DNA of 62,960 nucleotides, filler included, from Licmophora abbreviata (GCA_900291995.1; 11 parts of 11 records of this genome joined end to end with filler, not necessarily neighbours in it), one strand, 5' to 3'. Positions 13,831 through 25,597 are shown, counted from the whole stretch's first letter. Program-made: numbers and translations. Notes: generated from the letters alone by a model not told the origin.

Positions 13831-14116
13831 GTCAAAGCTAACAGATGACGTGACAAATGAAAATTTCAGCAATGTGACATACGACGTAGACTTACTTCTG
13901 ATCCCAGCAGGTCGTCACAGTATGAAATACTTCTTGCCCACATCCCCCAACGGTACGAGTTCATGAAACGGGAGATAGGGTTAAAAATAACGTCCTTCCA
14001 TTGTCCGATCCCGCTTCACGTTTCGAACTAGAAACTTCACCTCATCTTCACTGCTCAGAACGCGTTGTCCCGTTTCTGCTTCACATGGGTCACCCTGGCT
14101 GCGTCTCATCTCGTCA

Positions 14117-15034
14117 ATGCTTAGGGCATCCCTATCAGCGTGGTTACTTCTGTCAGAGAGGGTGAGTCTACGAGAAGTCAGTCGGTGCCGCTTCATCGCC
14201 ATGATGTCGAGTTCGTCGAACAATGACGTGAAGACCCATGAGTTTCAGGTTGTCCGCGAAAACAGAAGCAAGGCAGTCGTTGTGTTGTTCGGGTGGCTAG
14301 GCGCCGAGACACGCCATGTTGGCACATACGCTCAGATATATAACCACAAAGGATGTTCAACCGTCTCGGGTGTCGCGGACACCATGTCCCTCTTGACGTC
14401 AAAAACGACTGCTTTGCGAGATTTTGCGTTGGAAGCAGCCCGTCATGCTGCTGATCTTCTACGAAAAGAGCAAAACAAGAAGATTCCATTGTACGTTCAC
14501 GTATTTAGCAACGGAGGAGCCTTTGTTTTGGAACAACTGGAGCTTGCCATTCAGGAAGAGGCCAATGACGACGTCACTCTCTGTGGACAGCATCTCCTAC
14601 TGGGAGCTGAGGTGTTCGACAGTGCACCCGCCTATGTAACTCCTGGTTCAGCATTGAAGGCATTGAGCGCAGCAGTCCCTAATCTGCCCGCTCGTTTTAT
14701 GGTGAGCTCCACTGTTCTCGCGTACATGGCAATCCACTCGATTGGGGCCGCTTTGCGACTGCAACCGAATCGCGCAGAGGAATTCTGGTCGCACGTGAGG
14801 GACACGAGGGGAATAGCATCGCACCAAGTTTTTATTTACAGCCCCAATGACGACATCACTGACCATGCAAAGCTAGAGGAGCTGATCGAGCATCGTAAAC
14901 AGATGGAGGTCAAGATAACAGTCAAAAAGTTTGCAAAGAGTCGACACGTTCAACACTTCTGGACGTACCCAAAGGAATACGATCTAGTGATCGATCGACT
15001 ACTGGAAGGGAGAAAGAAAGATGTGAAGTTCTGA
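14117..15034 (+). CDS. DUF829/TMEM53 family protein
   Basis: VVVLFGWLGA, HVFSNGG, FDSAP, FIYS..D, SRHVQH motifs. Confidence 0.85.
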   Translation: MLRASLSAWLLLSERVSLREVSRCRFIAMMSSSSNNDVKTHEFQVVRENRSKAVVVLFGWLGAETRHVGTYAQIYNHKGCSTVSGVADTMSLLTSKTTALRDFALEAARHAADLLRKEQNKKIPLYVHVFSNGGAFVLEQLELAIQEEANDDVTLCGQHLLLGAEVFDSAPAYVTPGSALKALSAAVPNLPARFMVSSTVLAYMAIHSIGAALRLQPNRAEEFWSHVRDTRGIASHQVFIYSPNDDITDHAKLEELIEHRKQMEVKITVKKFAKSRHVQHFWTYPKEYDLVIDRLLEGRKKDVKF

Positions 15035-15277
15035 CCTTACTGCCTTAAGACCCTTGCGCCAGCTTTTGGTGATGCTACGATAGCTCTGCCTGCAGGTTTG
15101 TGATGCTAAGATTGTGCTCTACTATGTTTCGACCCATTTGACTCGTCCGGCCTTCGACCGATTGAAGGCGGCGACGAGCGGCGAGAGTTGCGGCGTCGCA
15201 TCGTCATCGACGAAAAGTTCTGCGCCGTGGGCCATGGCGAGCACCATGTCACGATTCCAATCGCTCAGTCACTCGTC

Positions 15278-16699
15278 ATGTCGAAGCTTTTCAGCCTTCT
15301 AATGTATTTTTATGCTATCAGACTCTCCAGGGCCTTGATTCCGCAGAAAATAGCTTTGAATCGTCGAATTACGACTTCTTGGGGCCCGCTCCGAAATGCG
15401 CTGATTCCAGCGTCTCGCAGTACTCCGTTTCGGATCTACTTGACGACGGATGCTTCCTCAGCCCCGTATGTCAGCGGCGCGGATACCTCGTTCGGTTGGG
15501 AAGAAAGAGAGGGCCTTGGGAACGACGACAGAGAAGAGACAGAAGACGAATCTTGCTTGGAGGATTCGGACGACGAGCAGGATCGCGAAGACTCGTCATC
15601 CGATGAAGGAGATTTTCTTGTGCAGGAACACGCACGGTGGCTTGATGCTGTGCGAAAGGCGATGGTAGCCTTGGAAAAGAAGGAAGCATCACTGCAATCA
15701 GAGCGGGGAAAAGCCCAGAACGTCGAAGAGACGGTTGCTAGAGCCCAGCTGATTGTTTCGAATCTGTACCTATTTCCAAACCCTAGCACGAGGAGCGCGA
15801 CAGTGCAAGACTGGGAGAATGACGGAGAAACAGTCGAGCTTACCTTGGACCCAAAGTATGAATCTGCATCAGATGAAGCCAATACTCTTTTTGCCCAGGC
15901 CCGAAAACTGAAACGAGGCAGTCTGGTGGTCCAAGAACTCTTGGAAGCAACCGAGCAGGCAATGGAGACTCTGCAAGATGCTGTGCTTGACTTGGAATCA
16001 GCTGTATCGCCAGATAATTCCGTGGAGGAAGGTCGTCTGCGACTGATCCAGGATCGTTTGAAGCGCTCCTCAAAACAGACGAACTTTCGAATACCCAGTG
16101 AGAAGTCATCATCACCGCCGCCACGATCCACTGCAAGCCGCCCGAAGAAGCGATCCGACAATATCCGCAAGCTTCAGTCTCCAGCCGGTTGTCTGCTCTT
16201 AGTAGGCCGAAACCGTCGCGGAAACGAATATCTCTCATTTCAGGTGGCTCGCGGAAAAGATATCTGGATGCACGCGCGGGGGTGCCCAGGTGCACATGTA
16301 CTGATTCAGCACCGTCGCGGGTCACCGACTCCGACCGACGCCTGCCTCCAGATGGCAGCCAACCTGGCAATATTCTATAGTGATGCGCGAACCGAACGAA
16401 AAGCAGCAGTGACGGCGGCTGAACCAAAGCACCTCCTAAAGCCTCGCGGTGCCCCGTTGGGCGCTGTCAAACTGCGAGAGGAGCTGCAAGTTTTGACGGG
16501 ACGACCGGACGATGTGCCAGAGACGCTGAAGCTGGCGAGGGAGGATTCCGGATTGTCAGACGAGTATCGATCAACTGACAAGGCCAAGCATCGGAGGCGT
16601 ACAGACCAGGTAGCCAAACAAAGCCAAGCTCGGAAGCGAACAGAACAACGCGCTAAGAGAAAGCGAAAGGGCTCTCGCTCATCCGAAACGGAACGGTGA
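15278..16699 (+). CDS. NFACT-R (DUF814) domain protein, FbpA/RqcH-related, with signal peptide and putative plastid transit region
   Basis: Coiled-coil region with LDP....EAN.LF..ARKLKRG, then LVGRN.RGNE.L ...DIWMHARGCPGAHV ... AANLA.FYS..R ... KP.GAP.G.V; N-terminal MSKLFSLLMYFYAIRLSRAL. Confidence 0.8.
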   Translation: MSKLFSLLMYFYAIRLSRALIPQKIALNRRITTSWGPLRNALIPASRSTPFRIYLTTDASSAPYVSGADTSFGWEEREGLGNDDREETEDESCLEDSDDEQDREDSSSDEGDFLVQEHARWLDAVRKAMVALEKKEASLQSERGKAQNVEETVARAQLIVSNLYLFPNPSTRSATVQDWENDGETVELTLDPKYESASDEANTLFAQARKLKRGSLVVQELLEATEQAMETLQDAVLDLESAVSPDNSVEEGRLRLIQDRLKRSSKQTNFRIPSEKSSSPPPRSTASRPKKRSDNIRKLQSPAGCLLLVGRNRRGNEYLSFQVARGKDIWMHARGCPGAHVLIQHRRGSPTPTDACLQMAANLAIFYSDARTERKAAVTAAEPKHLLKPRGAPLGAVKLREELQVLTGRPDDVPETLKLAREDSGLSDEYRSTDKAKHRRRTDQVAKQSQARKRTEQRAKRKRKGSRSSETER

Positions 16700-16756
16700 C
16701 AACCTCTAACAGAACATTATAACCGGTTGTTTGTTAACTTATTGATCGTGCTCATG

Positions 16757-19482
16757 TTAGGAAATTGGCGCTCCTACGAGACTTGAAGCAGAACACGGCC
16801 CTGCAGACGTCTGAATTACCTTTCCGTTCCATGTAGCAACGCCTCCTTCTCCGGTTTTCAAATCCTTTGAGACAGCCTCCCAAGCCTTTCGCTTCTTCAC
16901 CTGTGCCGGGGAAAAGGGATCCCCCTGAAGCCCTTCGACGAAAACACGCTCTCCAACCTTGGCATTCTCCGGTGGAGCGACCAGCTCCACTGTGGCACCG
17001 TCTTCCGACTGTAGCATGAAATCATGTGACATTAGTTGTCGCCCTCGTCGCGGGCATTCAAAAAAATACCAAGAATTACGTACCTTTGCAGCAAGAACCA
17101 TGCCACTGCTCGCGAATCCCACAATCTTGGACGCCTTGAGGTTGCATACAACAAGCACTTTGCGATCCTGCATCTGTTCCAGCTCATAGTGCCCTCTTAG
17201 GCCGGAAGCGATCTGCCGTGGTCCACTTTCCTCGCCAATATCAATCTCCCCACAGAAAAGCTTGTCTNNNNNNNNNNNNNNNNNNNNNNNNNNNNNNNNN
17301 NNNNNNNNNNNTTAATTAATTAANNNNNNNNNNNNNNNNNNNNNNNNNNNNNNNNNNNNNNNNNNNNACCTTCACGATCTGTCCGACACGGATATCCATC
17401 TTTGTGAATGCAGGCTGGTCGCTAGTTGCCGCCTGCTGACCTGCCTTGCTCGCCGCAATGGCCTTGGCCTGCTTTTCTTTCTTCCGCCGTTGTGCCTCCG
17501 CATGCGACTCCGCCTTCTTCCTTGCGGCCTCCTCTGCGTCCAGTAGCTCTTCCTCGGACAGTATCTAGACGAGAAACATAGAAGCTCGTGAGTGATTGAT
17601 GTAGTCGCATACGCATACAAACCGGTTTCCCCCTTTCGATCGCATACCTTCGAGTACAGCACGTCACCCACTTCGATTTTTGTCCCGACCGAGAGATTAC
17701 GACTGTCTCGATTCAAAGTTGCCAGCGACTTCGGTTCTGTGTTTAGTTTGCGAAAGATCTTACAAGCACCCACGGGCAAGAACGGAGAAAGAAGGTGCGC
17801 CAATGCGTAGATAGCTTCCAGTGTAGCGCGAATTGTCATCTGACGCGCCTCGGCATGTTCGTCTCCCTTTTTCAGCCATGGCGCTTCTTCTGTCAAAAAC
17901 CGATTGGTTTCACGGAAGCAGTGAATCGCCACTGATGCACCACCCTGAAGTTCAAAGTCCTCCATCTTCGTACAAAACTCCTCACATACTTTCGCCAAGT
18001 CAAATGGTAGGTTGGATGAAGGAGGAACGTCCGGTACCACTCCTTCACAGTACTTATGAGCAAGATTTGTGGCACGATGAACGAGGTTCCCAATAGTATC
18101 CGAGAGATCAGAATTGTGCATGTCACGAAGCGAGTCTTCGCTGAACGAAAGCTCCCCGCCGTACGGTGCCTCTTTGCAGAGGTACCTTTCGAAAAGAGAG
18201 CGAACGAACCATGAGCTCTTCTTAGTCATGAAACCCCACCAGCACAACGGACAGTACAGACTTACCATCGAAAAGTATCAACAGGATACTTATCCAGCAT
18301 ATCGTGAGGATCCACAACATTTCCAAGACTCTTGGACATTTTCTTGCCTGCCTTGTCATTGACGAATCCATGGGCAAACACCGTCTTGGGCAGCGGCACT
18401 CCTGCCGACATCAATAAACACGGCCAAATGACGGTATGAAACCACAGAATATCCTTGCCAATGATGTGCACATTTGCGGGCCAAAACTTGTCCAGATTCT
18501 CCATATCATTCTCATGGTTCACACCCAGCCCGTTCACGCCCGTCAGATAGTTGCTGAGCGCATCGACCCACACATACATAACATGCTGCGCATGAAATCC
18601 TTCCGGAACAGGAATACCCCACTCGAAGGTAGTGCGTGAGATGCTCAAGTCACGCAGCTCATCACTGCGCAGGCGCTGCAGGATGAAGTTGCGATGTTGC
18701 TCGGGACGAATAAAGTCCGGATTCTCTTCAATATGGGCTAGCAGCTGGTCGTGATAGCGAGACATGCGAAAGAAATAACTCTCTTCTTCGACCTGTTTGA
18801 GTGGCTGACCACTCGTGGGATCCATAAAGTCCGATAGCTGCGCATCTGACTCAGTGACAAAGGTCTCCTCGCGAATATTGTACCATCCCTGGTATGTATC
18901 GAGGTAGACGTCGTCATTCGCGGCGCATTTCTTCCAGACCTCTTGAGCAGTACGCTTGTGACGGGCCGAAGTAGTGCGAACGTAGTCGTCGTTGCTTATC
19001 AAGATTCGCTGATTGAGAACTTTGAAGCCGGTAACATACTGTCAGAAAAGAAACATAGAAGGACAGATTGAGTAGCTGTACGAGGTACATATCACCACTG
19101 CCGTCGTCATGACAGGTGACATCTTTCCCTGTACGTATGGAGCACGACTCACCTTATCACAGATCTCCAAAGGCTCTTTTCCATCCGCAGCAGCCGTATT
19201 GGCGATCTTCTGCCCGTGTTCGTCAGCACCCGTCACGAAGTAGGCCGCTCGAGTGCCTTGCAGTCGAGCGAACCGCGCCAGGGCATCCGCTGTCGCTGCC
19301 TCGTAGGCATGGCCCATATGGGCAGGTCCATTCGTGTAATTGATCGCCGTTGTAATATAGTATCCCCCGCTTGAAGGGTCTAGCTGGTTCCGGGGTGTCT
19401 GACCAAAGTAGCCATAGTCCAAGCTAGATTCGTCCTGGATCGTCCAGCGATCATAGAGCAGTTTCGAATCCTCTTCGCTCAT
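16757..19482 (-). CDS. MetRS: Methionyl-tRNA synthetase with C-terminal EMAP-II/Trbp111-like OB tRNA-binding domain; several introns, spans gap 17268-17367
   Basis: YITTAINY.NG.AHMGHAYE, TGADEHGQK, YVWVDAL.NY, GKDILWFH, KMSKSLGN; C-terminal DIRVG.I, RQIASGL, CNLK.....S.GMVLAA. Confidence 0.95.
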
Positions 19483-20135
19483 TGCTCTTTCGTGAAATGT
19501 ACTCCGCCAAAAAACAAATTATGATTTCCTTGAAAGCTAGAAGCTTAGGTTCAATCGAGATGGCTCAAACGTGCTTCTGAAGCTCCTCGTTGGGCACTCT
19601 GTGGTGACACAGTGGGTTGCGACGCGACGACCTGATGTCTGTCGTTGTTTCAATCCGCCTGCGCCTCTCGTTTCACGTCGCGCAATCTGATTCGGGTCCG
19701 TCCGTCCGGCCTCCGTGTCCTCAGGATGAGAGTTACCGTTTACTTGGACTCCTTCAGTACTTCATCTACGTATAACTTCTACTGCAACCTTCTAGCCGCA
19801 CACTACTTTTTGAGTCTCGAAGGTGTGTGCACCATGGGCGTCGTTTGTGACGGCGTGTTTGACGGTCAAGAGCGAATTCGGAGAGTAGGATAGAGCCAGA
19901 TAGATGAGAAGACTGCGAGAAAGCAATTCTGTTCACCGAAAGAGTTCAATAGGCTCAAGAGGCGAGCAGGAAGCGACGACGTGTTGCTGCATGCTTCCTC
20001 GTGATGATTTGCGACAGACAGACGGCACTTTCGAACACAGATGGACCGCGCAATGCCAATGGCGATCGAGACGTAGATCTTCTTCTCACCATCTCCTCTC
20101 TTGTCTGTTTTCCTTCCAGAACTAATTTTGCGATC

Positions 20136-20501
20136 ATGGTCAAGGCATACGATTTGCGAGGCAGCTCCAAGGAGGACCTGCTCAAGCAGCTGAGCGACGC
20201 TCGCAAGGAACTGGCGGAACTGCACGTGGCCAAGGTTACCGGAGGAGCCGCTTCCAAGATTGCCAAAATCAAGAGTGTCCGCAAGACGATTGCTCGTATT
20301 TTGACTGTTCACAATCAGCAACAAAAGGAGGGACTGCGAAAGGCTTCCTCGGGCGCCAAGTATGTGCCGAAGGACCTGCGAGTCAAGCAAACACGGGCTA
20401 TGCGTCGCGCTTTGACCAAGGCGGAGCGATCCCAAAAGACGGCACGACAGCGCAAGATTGAAGCTTCGAACCCAGCGCTCAAGTACGCGGTCAAGGCATA
20501 A
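20136..20501 (+). CDS. RPL35: 60S ribosomal protein L35 (uL29)
   Basis: [17 protein letters not shown]...[30 protein letters not shown] ... [16 protein letters not shown]. Confidence 0.97.
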   Translation: MVKAYDLRGSSKEDLLKQLSDARKELAELHVAKVTGGAASKIAKIKSVRKTIARILTVHNQQQKEGLRKASSGAKYVPKDLRVKQTRAMRRALTKAERSQKTARQRKIEASNPALKYAVKA

Positions 20502-20782
20502 AGTAAAGTTCTAAAGTCGTACTGTACGAAGAATCGTTCCGATCCCTGGATGTTGAGCATTTCCACGGCAGTCTTTCTCTGTAGGACAAAAAGAGGAAGG
20601 ACGTATCGATATCGTGCGCCAAAATATGGCGGAGACTGTTTCGGCGAGGGACCCGACCCGTGGACCCCGCCATTCCCAATGGGGGGCCCACCCTTATGCG
20701 GTTCGTCTCGTGACAAGCGTTGGAGAAGCTTTTCTGCATCACTTCTTCTACCACACGCAACAGCCATCACATGTAATCGGCG

Positions 20783-22285
20783 TCATCGAAGGTTTCTCTT
20801 GCTCTTTCTTGTTGATGGCATCGTTTTCTTGACCGTGGCCTTCTTCTTCGTCTTCTTGGATTCGCCCTCCTTCTTGACAACTATTTCCTCCGCCTTACTG
20901 ACACACTCACCGACATTGGCCATCTTTGTGCGCCGTGGGGCCACCTTCCCCCTCACAGTGGCACGCTTTTTGGAAGGACGACCAGCGGGCTTCTTGTCGG
21001 CACCGTCCGCAATCCTGGGAGCTATTGTACCATAAGCAATGGCCAGCTCATCCTCCGAGGCCTTGGCCGCAAGGGAGTTTCCGCCATAACCGGCGGAGAA
21101 GCCCACGATGGCTGCCGCGGGAGCGTCCTCGAGGAGACTGCCGCGCAAGACGTCCGTGGCGAGGTCTCGGAGACTAATCAGGTGGCACTTTTCTCGTTCA
21201 CGGGCCTTGGAGACCTTGGAGAATCCAGGTTCCTTACCCACGATTAGAATGTCCGTGCGACCCGAGATGGACCCTGTCACTTTTCCCCCGAACGACTGAA
21301 TCATGGCCTTGACACGATCCTTGCCTAGGCTGAGTCCAATGCCACCGCCCACTTCAGGGAAAGTCCCGGTCAGAACCACCGTCTTGCCTTGAAGCACATT
21401 CGCGACGGCACCATCGCGTCCCGGAACAGGAATACGAAAGAGTTCACGAGAAGAAGAACCGTTTGATGGCACAAGGCCGCGCTCCGACTCAAGACTCGAT
21501 GTTGTTGCCATGGTGCCATCCGACGCAGTCGCAGCTGGACCGCCCCGGAGCGCTTCACGCTTTCTCTTGGTCTTCCGCGCCCAGTGTGTCTTGTCCTTAA
21601 CGTAGTCCACGACCTCGTCTTGCTGCTCCTCAGGGAGCTCACTGAATCCACACAACACCACCTCATTCATTCCCCGCAAAGCCTTCGCGAAGACTTCCCG
21701 ATCACAAACCTCCGGATCTGAGGGCAACCCTTCCCAAACACGGTTCGGTACCCGCCAGCACTCCAGGTGAACAAACCGTGTGTAGGTTCCTGTCTCTTGG
21801 AGGATCGATCCGATACGCACTGCGCCCGCGTCAATGTAAGACGGCTGGTCGGGGCTCGCCGTACACGTACGCCCCGGCCCGACGGCCTGGCACCGACTCC
21901 GACCCGACTTTGCCCGTTCGATGCGGTATATAGGAATAATCTCATACGCAGCGGCATAGTAGAACTCCCAAGACGGCGTCGGCATGTCTGCAAAGTCAGC
22001 AAAGGTGGCATCGTAGGAGTCCGCCCGCTGCTGTTGCACCGCGATTCCTCGAAAGGACTGGACCTTCTTGTTGTCGTATAGTTCGCGCAAGACCTCAAAG
22101 GACGTACGGACGCGACGGAATTCAGCAGCGTCGCCGCCCTTGTCGGGGTGAGTCTCGAGGAAGCGTTCGTGCGACTTGCGCTTGATGACTCGAAACTCTT
22201 CTTGGATATCATCACAGTCCGAAAAGTCGTCGTCGGAGACGATCGCGATGCTCTGGAGGCATTCGCGGATCGTGTGTTTTGACAT
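20783..22285 (-). CDS. Multidomain protein: J-domain + PARP-type zinc finger-like + BRCT + basic tail
   Basis: ETHPDKGGDAAEF (HPD); YRIERAKSGRSRC...C...I....RIG...FVHLECW; GKTVVLTGTF...KAMIQSFGGKVTGSISGRTDILIVGKEPG.SK..KA. Confidence 0.8.
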   Translation of the reverse strand: MSKHTIRECLQSIAIVSDDDFSDCDDIQEEFRVIKRKSHERFLETHPDKGGDAAEFRRVRTSFEVLRELYDNKKVQSFRGIAVQQQRADSYDATFADFADMPTPSWEFYYAAAYEIIPIYRIERAKSGRSRCQAVGPGRTCTASPDQPSYIDAGAVRIGSILQETGTYTRFVHLECWRVPNRVWEGLPSDPEVCDREVFAKALRGMNEVVLCGFSELPEEQQDEVVDYVKDKTHWARKTKRKREALRGGPAATASDGTMATTSSLESERGLVPSNGSSSRELFRIPVPGRDGAVANVLQGKTVVLTGTFPEVGGGIGLSLGKDRVKAMIQSFGGKVTGSISGRTDILIVGKEPGFSKVSKAREREKCHLISLRDLATDVLRGSLLEDAPAAAIVGFSAGYGGNSLAAKASEDELAIAYGTIAPRIADGADKKPAGRPSKKRATVRGKVAPRRTKMANVGECVSKAEEIVVKKEGESKKTKKKATVKKTMPSTRKSKRNLR

Positions 22286-22466
22286 TACTACTTTACTTTC
22301 CTGTTAATCAGGATCACAACAGAGCAGCAAGATGACTCATCGATCGGTGGGGAAAGGTACACAGGGGCAACGAGGGTCTCAGATGGAAGATGCCCTCCAC
22401 CCTCCTCCGCCATTGTCATCTCTCATGTCTCGCGTCTTGAAATCATCGCGGATCGCGGCGCCGTCG

Positions 22467-22474
22467 TTTGGCGC
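22467..22474 (+). promoter_or_regulatory. E2F-type element TTTGGCGC in the divergent promoter of the J/zf-PARP/BRCT gene and IWS1
   Basis: Exact match to TTTSSCGC about 180 nt upstream of the ATG at 22285. Confidence 0.3.
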
Positions 22475-22746
22475 GCGGCGAGAGACCATGAGAGTCTACT
22501 CCTCCGCGTTTTGATTCTATTTATGTCGAACACATCATAAAACAAATCTCGAGAGAAGCTGGATATTAGAGCTCACACACACACAGCACAGCCACGCGCC
22601 ACACGCACACACTGACAAACAACTGGAGTACTCGAGTAGAAGGCAGCACCCAACACGATCGCGATCAGTTGTACTTCTGGTTGTGAGGGTCACTTTGCGT
22701 CTCCCTCTCTCTCTGTTCCGCAGTACTGTCCATTCTTTCGTTCATC

Positions 22747-24384
22747 ATGTCCGACGACGACGACGACTTGTTTGGAGGCTCCTCGGGCGACGATACGGAC
22801 GATTTGATCGCCGAAAGCAAGAGTGCACCGCCCGTGGCCACGAAAAAGAAACGTCTCCAAAAGAAGAGCAGTTCTCCTACTAAAACGACAACTAACAGTA
22901 TTCCAGGTACGCGAAAAAGGNNNNNNNNNNNNNNNNNNNNNNNNNNNNNNNNNNNNNNNNNNNNTTAATTAATTAANNNNNNNNNNNNNNNNNNNNNNNN
23001 NNNNNNNNNNNNNNNNNNNNCATGTCTTTCTTCTTAATTTGTAAATTGCGACACAGACGCCGATCAAGACGATGACTCGGACGACGACGATGGGGGAGGC
23101 CTGTTTGATGACTCGGACGATGAGGAGGCCCCGAAAAAACCCAAGGCCCTCTCGAAACGTCAACGCATGGAAGCGCTGCGAGCCAAGAAGCGGAGCGAAA
23201 CTCGAAGTAGTAAAGCGGCGGCAGGTGGTACGTTGGATACGACCACGGCGACGAACCATGACGCTGGATATGACAGTGGAGGTTCCTATAGTTCGAACGA
23301 GTACGTGCGGACCAAGGAAGATAACGATTTTATCGATGTGGAGGGGGATGATGATGACGCCATTAAGGAACTCTACGCCGAACAGCATTTCGATGATCAA
23401 CGGGGAGAAGCGGAAGAAGATGGAAAGAAGAAAAAGAAGGGACGCAAGAGGCGCGGTGGAGACTACAGTGACGACGATGACGAGGAAAAGGGCGAAGATG
23501 AACCGGACAATCCCATCATGGCGGCAGTGCATCGTATGAAGAAGAAGAAGCGCGTCGGCAAAAAGCTGAGTGAATTGGAGGAAGAGGCCAAGCAATTTAT
23601 GCAAAAGATGGAATTAGCTGCCGAAGAGGACGAATTGGCCGTTCGCGAACGGCGTCCTGCGACCAAGAAACTGACCATGCTGCCCGAAGTTTCGGACATG
23701 CTTGCTCGCCGAGACATGATGCGGCTCTTGCTGGACTTTGACGTGCTCTCGCTGTGTCGTCGTTGGATCCAGCCTCTCCCCGGTGGCTCGTTGGGCAACG
23801 TGACAGTTCGACAGCGCATGATTGAATCCATTAGCTGCATGACGGGAGAACAGGGCATTACCGCGATGGACTTGAAACGATCCGACCTCGGCAAGGTCAT
23901 CATGTCGCTGTACATGCATCCTTCCGAGACGCCTGCCCTCAAGAAGAAACACAGGAAGCTGATTGAGCAGTGGAGTCGCCCGATCTTTAGCAAATCTGGA
24001 AACATGAAGGACTTGGAACATGCACAGGCATCTCGTGCTCGCGATACGGGCATGTCGTCGCCGGCAGCGAAAGCCGCTCCCGTCATGCAGCATGGAAAGA
24101 ATGAACATGACCTGAAGAACATCATCGCAACCGGCTCTTCGGGCAGTGCCAAGGACGGTTTGAATCGAGTGCGAGTACCCTTTAGCAAAGGCTTCCAGTT
24201 TACGGTTCGACCGCAAAACAAGATTGGACACGGCGTGGCGGACAAGCATATGGCACGAGGTGGGGGCACTGACAAGAATGATACACGCGGAAATTTGAGC
24301 AGACGCATGCTGGAAAAGGGGCGGGCTGCAACGAAGAACCAGCGCAGCGCCAACATTAGTGTCGAAGGTCGACCCACCAAATAG
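22747..24384 (+). CDS. IWS1: Transcription elongation factor IWS1/Spn1; spans gap 22921-23020
   Basis: Acidic N-terminus; ME.AAEED......RPATKKL.ML, WIQPLPGGSL.N..VR, LKRSDLGK..M.L..HP.ET, LIEQWSRPI. Confidence 0.9.
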
Positions 24385-24476
24385 GCCAAGAAATTAGGCA
24401 TTGTCGGAAATGCAGAGACGGTCTATCAGTGCGCATAGATGATACATTGAGCTATCCCTTTATCGCTGCGTTAGAT

Positions 24477-25597
24477 CTACTTGTATTCAATCGCGGGGGC
24501 GATTGAAATAGCCGCCTTGACGCTGTCGGCGACGTCAGCGTGCATCGTTGCAAGGGCCCTCCAGAAAGTCTTGGCATCGTCTCCGACCCAGTAGCTCGAC
24601 TTGGGCATTGGTATATCGAGAATCTCCTTGAGTTTGTGAACCACCACGTCCGACTTGGTCATCTCATTCCCACTGGTCGATTCGAAAATGCCAGTAGCCT
24701 TTTGCCGATACAAGTCGCCCCCGTACAGTTTCTTCGCAAACTCAGGCGCACCATCGTAGCGTTTGAGAAAGTTGGCAACCCACTCCTCTTGAATTTGTGT
24801 CTGAATCTGACCGGGCCGAACCTTGACAACAGATACACCGAATGGCTTCAGTTCCAGGCGGAGCGAATCGGACCAAGCTTCGACGGCAAACTTGGATGCA
24901 CTGTACGCCGAATTGCCGGGTGACGCGGACGTACCACAAACTGAACTCATATTGATGATGCGGGGTTTGTTCCCACCCTTGTTACTGTTTCGACTCAGCT
25001 TGGTGAGCATGAATGGCAGCAATGCCCGCGTGACTCGAAGCTGCCCAAAAAAGTTGACATTCATGATGTGTTGGTAAGATTCAATGTCCTCGTACCACAG
25101 AAAGTCTCCAGGATCTACCGTTCCGGCATTGTTGACAATGGCGTGAAGCTGCATATCGCCGTTGTCCTGCAAAAGCTTATCCACATACTGCTTCATACTG
25201 CTCACATCTATATCGCTGGATACATCGCATTTCCTCCCCACGAGCCGTGGTGGATCGAACGGTTCTTTTGACTTACAGATTCGATTCAAGGCAGATGCTG
25301 CTTGTGTCGTCAGCGTCAGTGCCAGGACATATATCTTTTCGTCGCCCCCTTCGAACAAGTCTTCTGCTAGTTCCCGTCCAAACCCTCGATCAGCACCAGT
25401 AATGACAATCAGCTTCTTGGTACTCGTTTTCTCCTGTTCGGCACCTCCTCGTCAGCGTCAGTAGTAGGACGGCCCCGCCGTATCAGTCTGGTTGCCATTG
25501 CCAGATACAGAAAATGGAGATATGAAATCACCAGAACGACGATAAAAATGCCGTATTTGACGAGAGACGATCCTGTCGCTCTCAAAAAGCCAGCCAT
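24477..25597 (-). CDS. Short-chain dehydrogenase/reductase (RDH/17beta-HSD-like) with N-terminal membrane anchor; apparent 1-nt frameshift near 25444
   Basis: VITGADRGFG, IVNNAG, VNFFG, NMSS, YSASK catalytic motif; the upstream TM-encoding ORF is out of frame by one base. Confidence 0.88.

Noticed and set aside
25433..25445. 11-nt GT...AG micro-intron (GTGCCGAACAG) that would restore the SDR frame
   Set aside because: Far below any plausible spliceosomal intron length here; a single missing G explains it more simply
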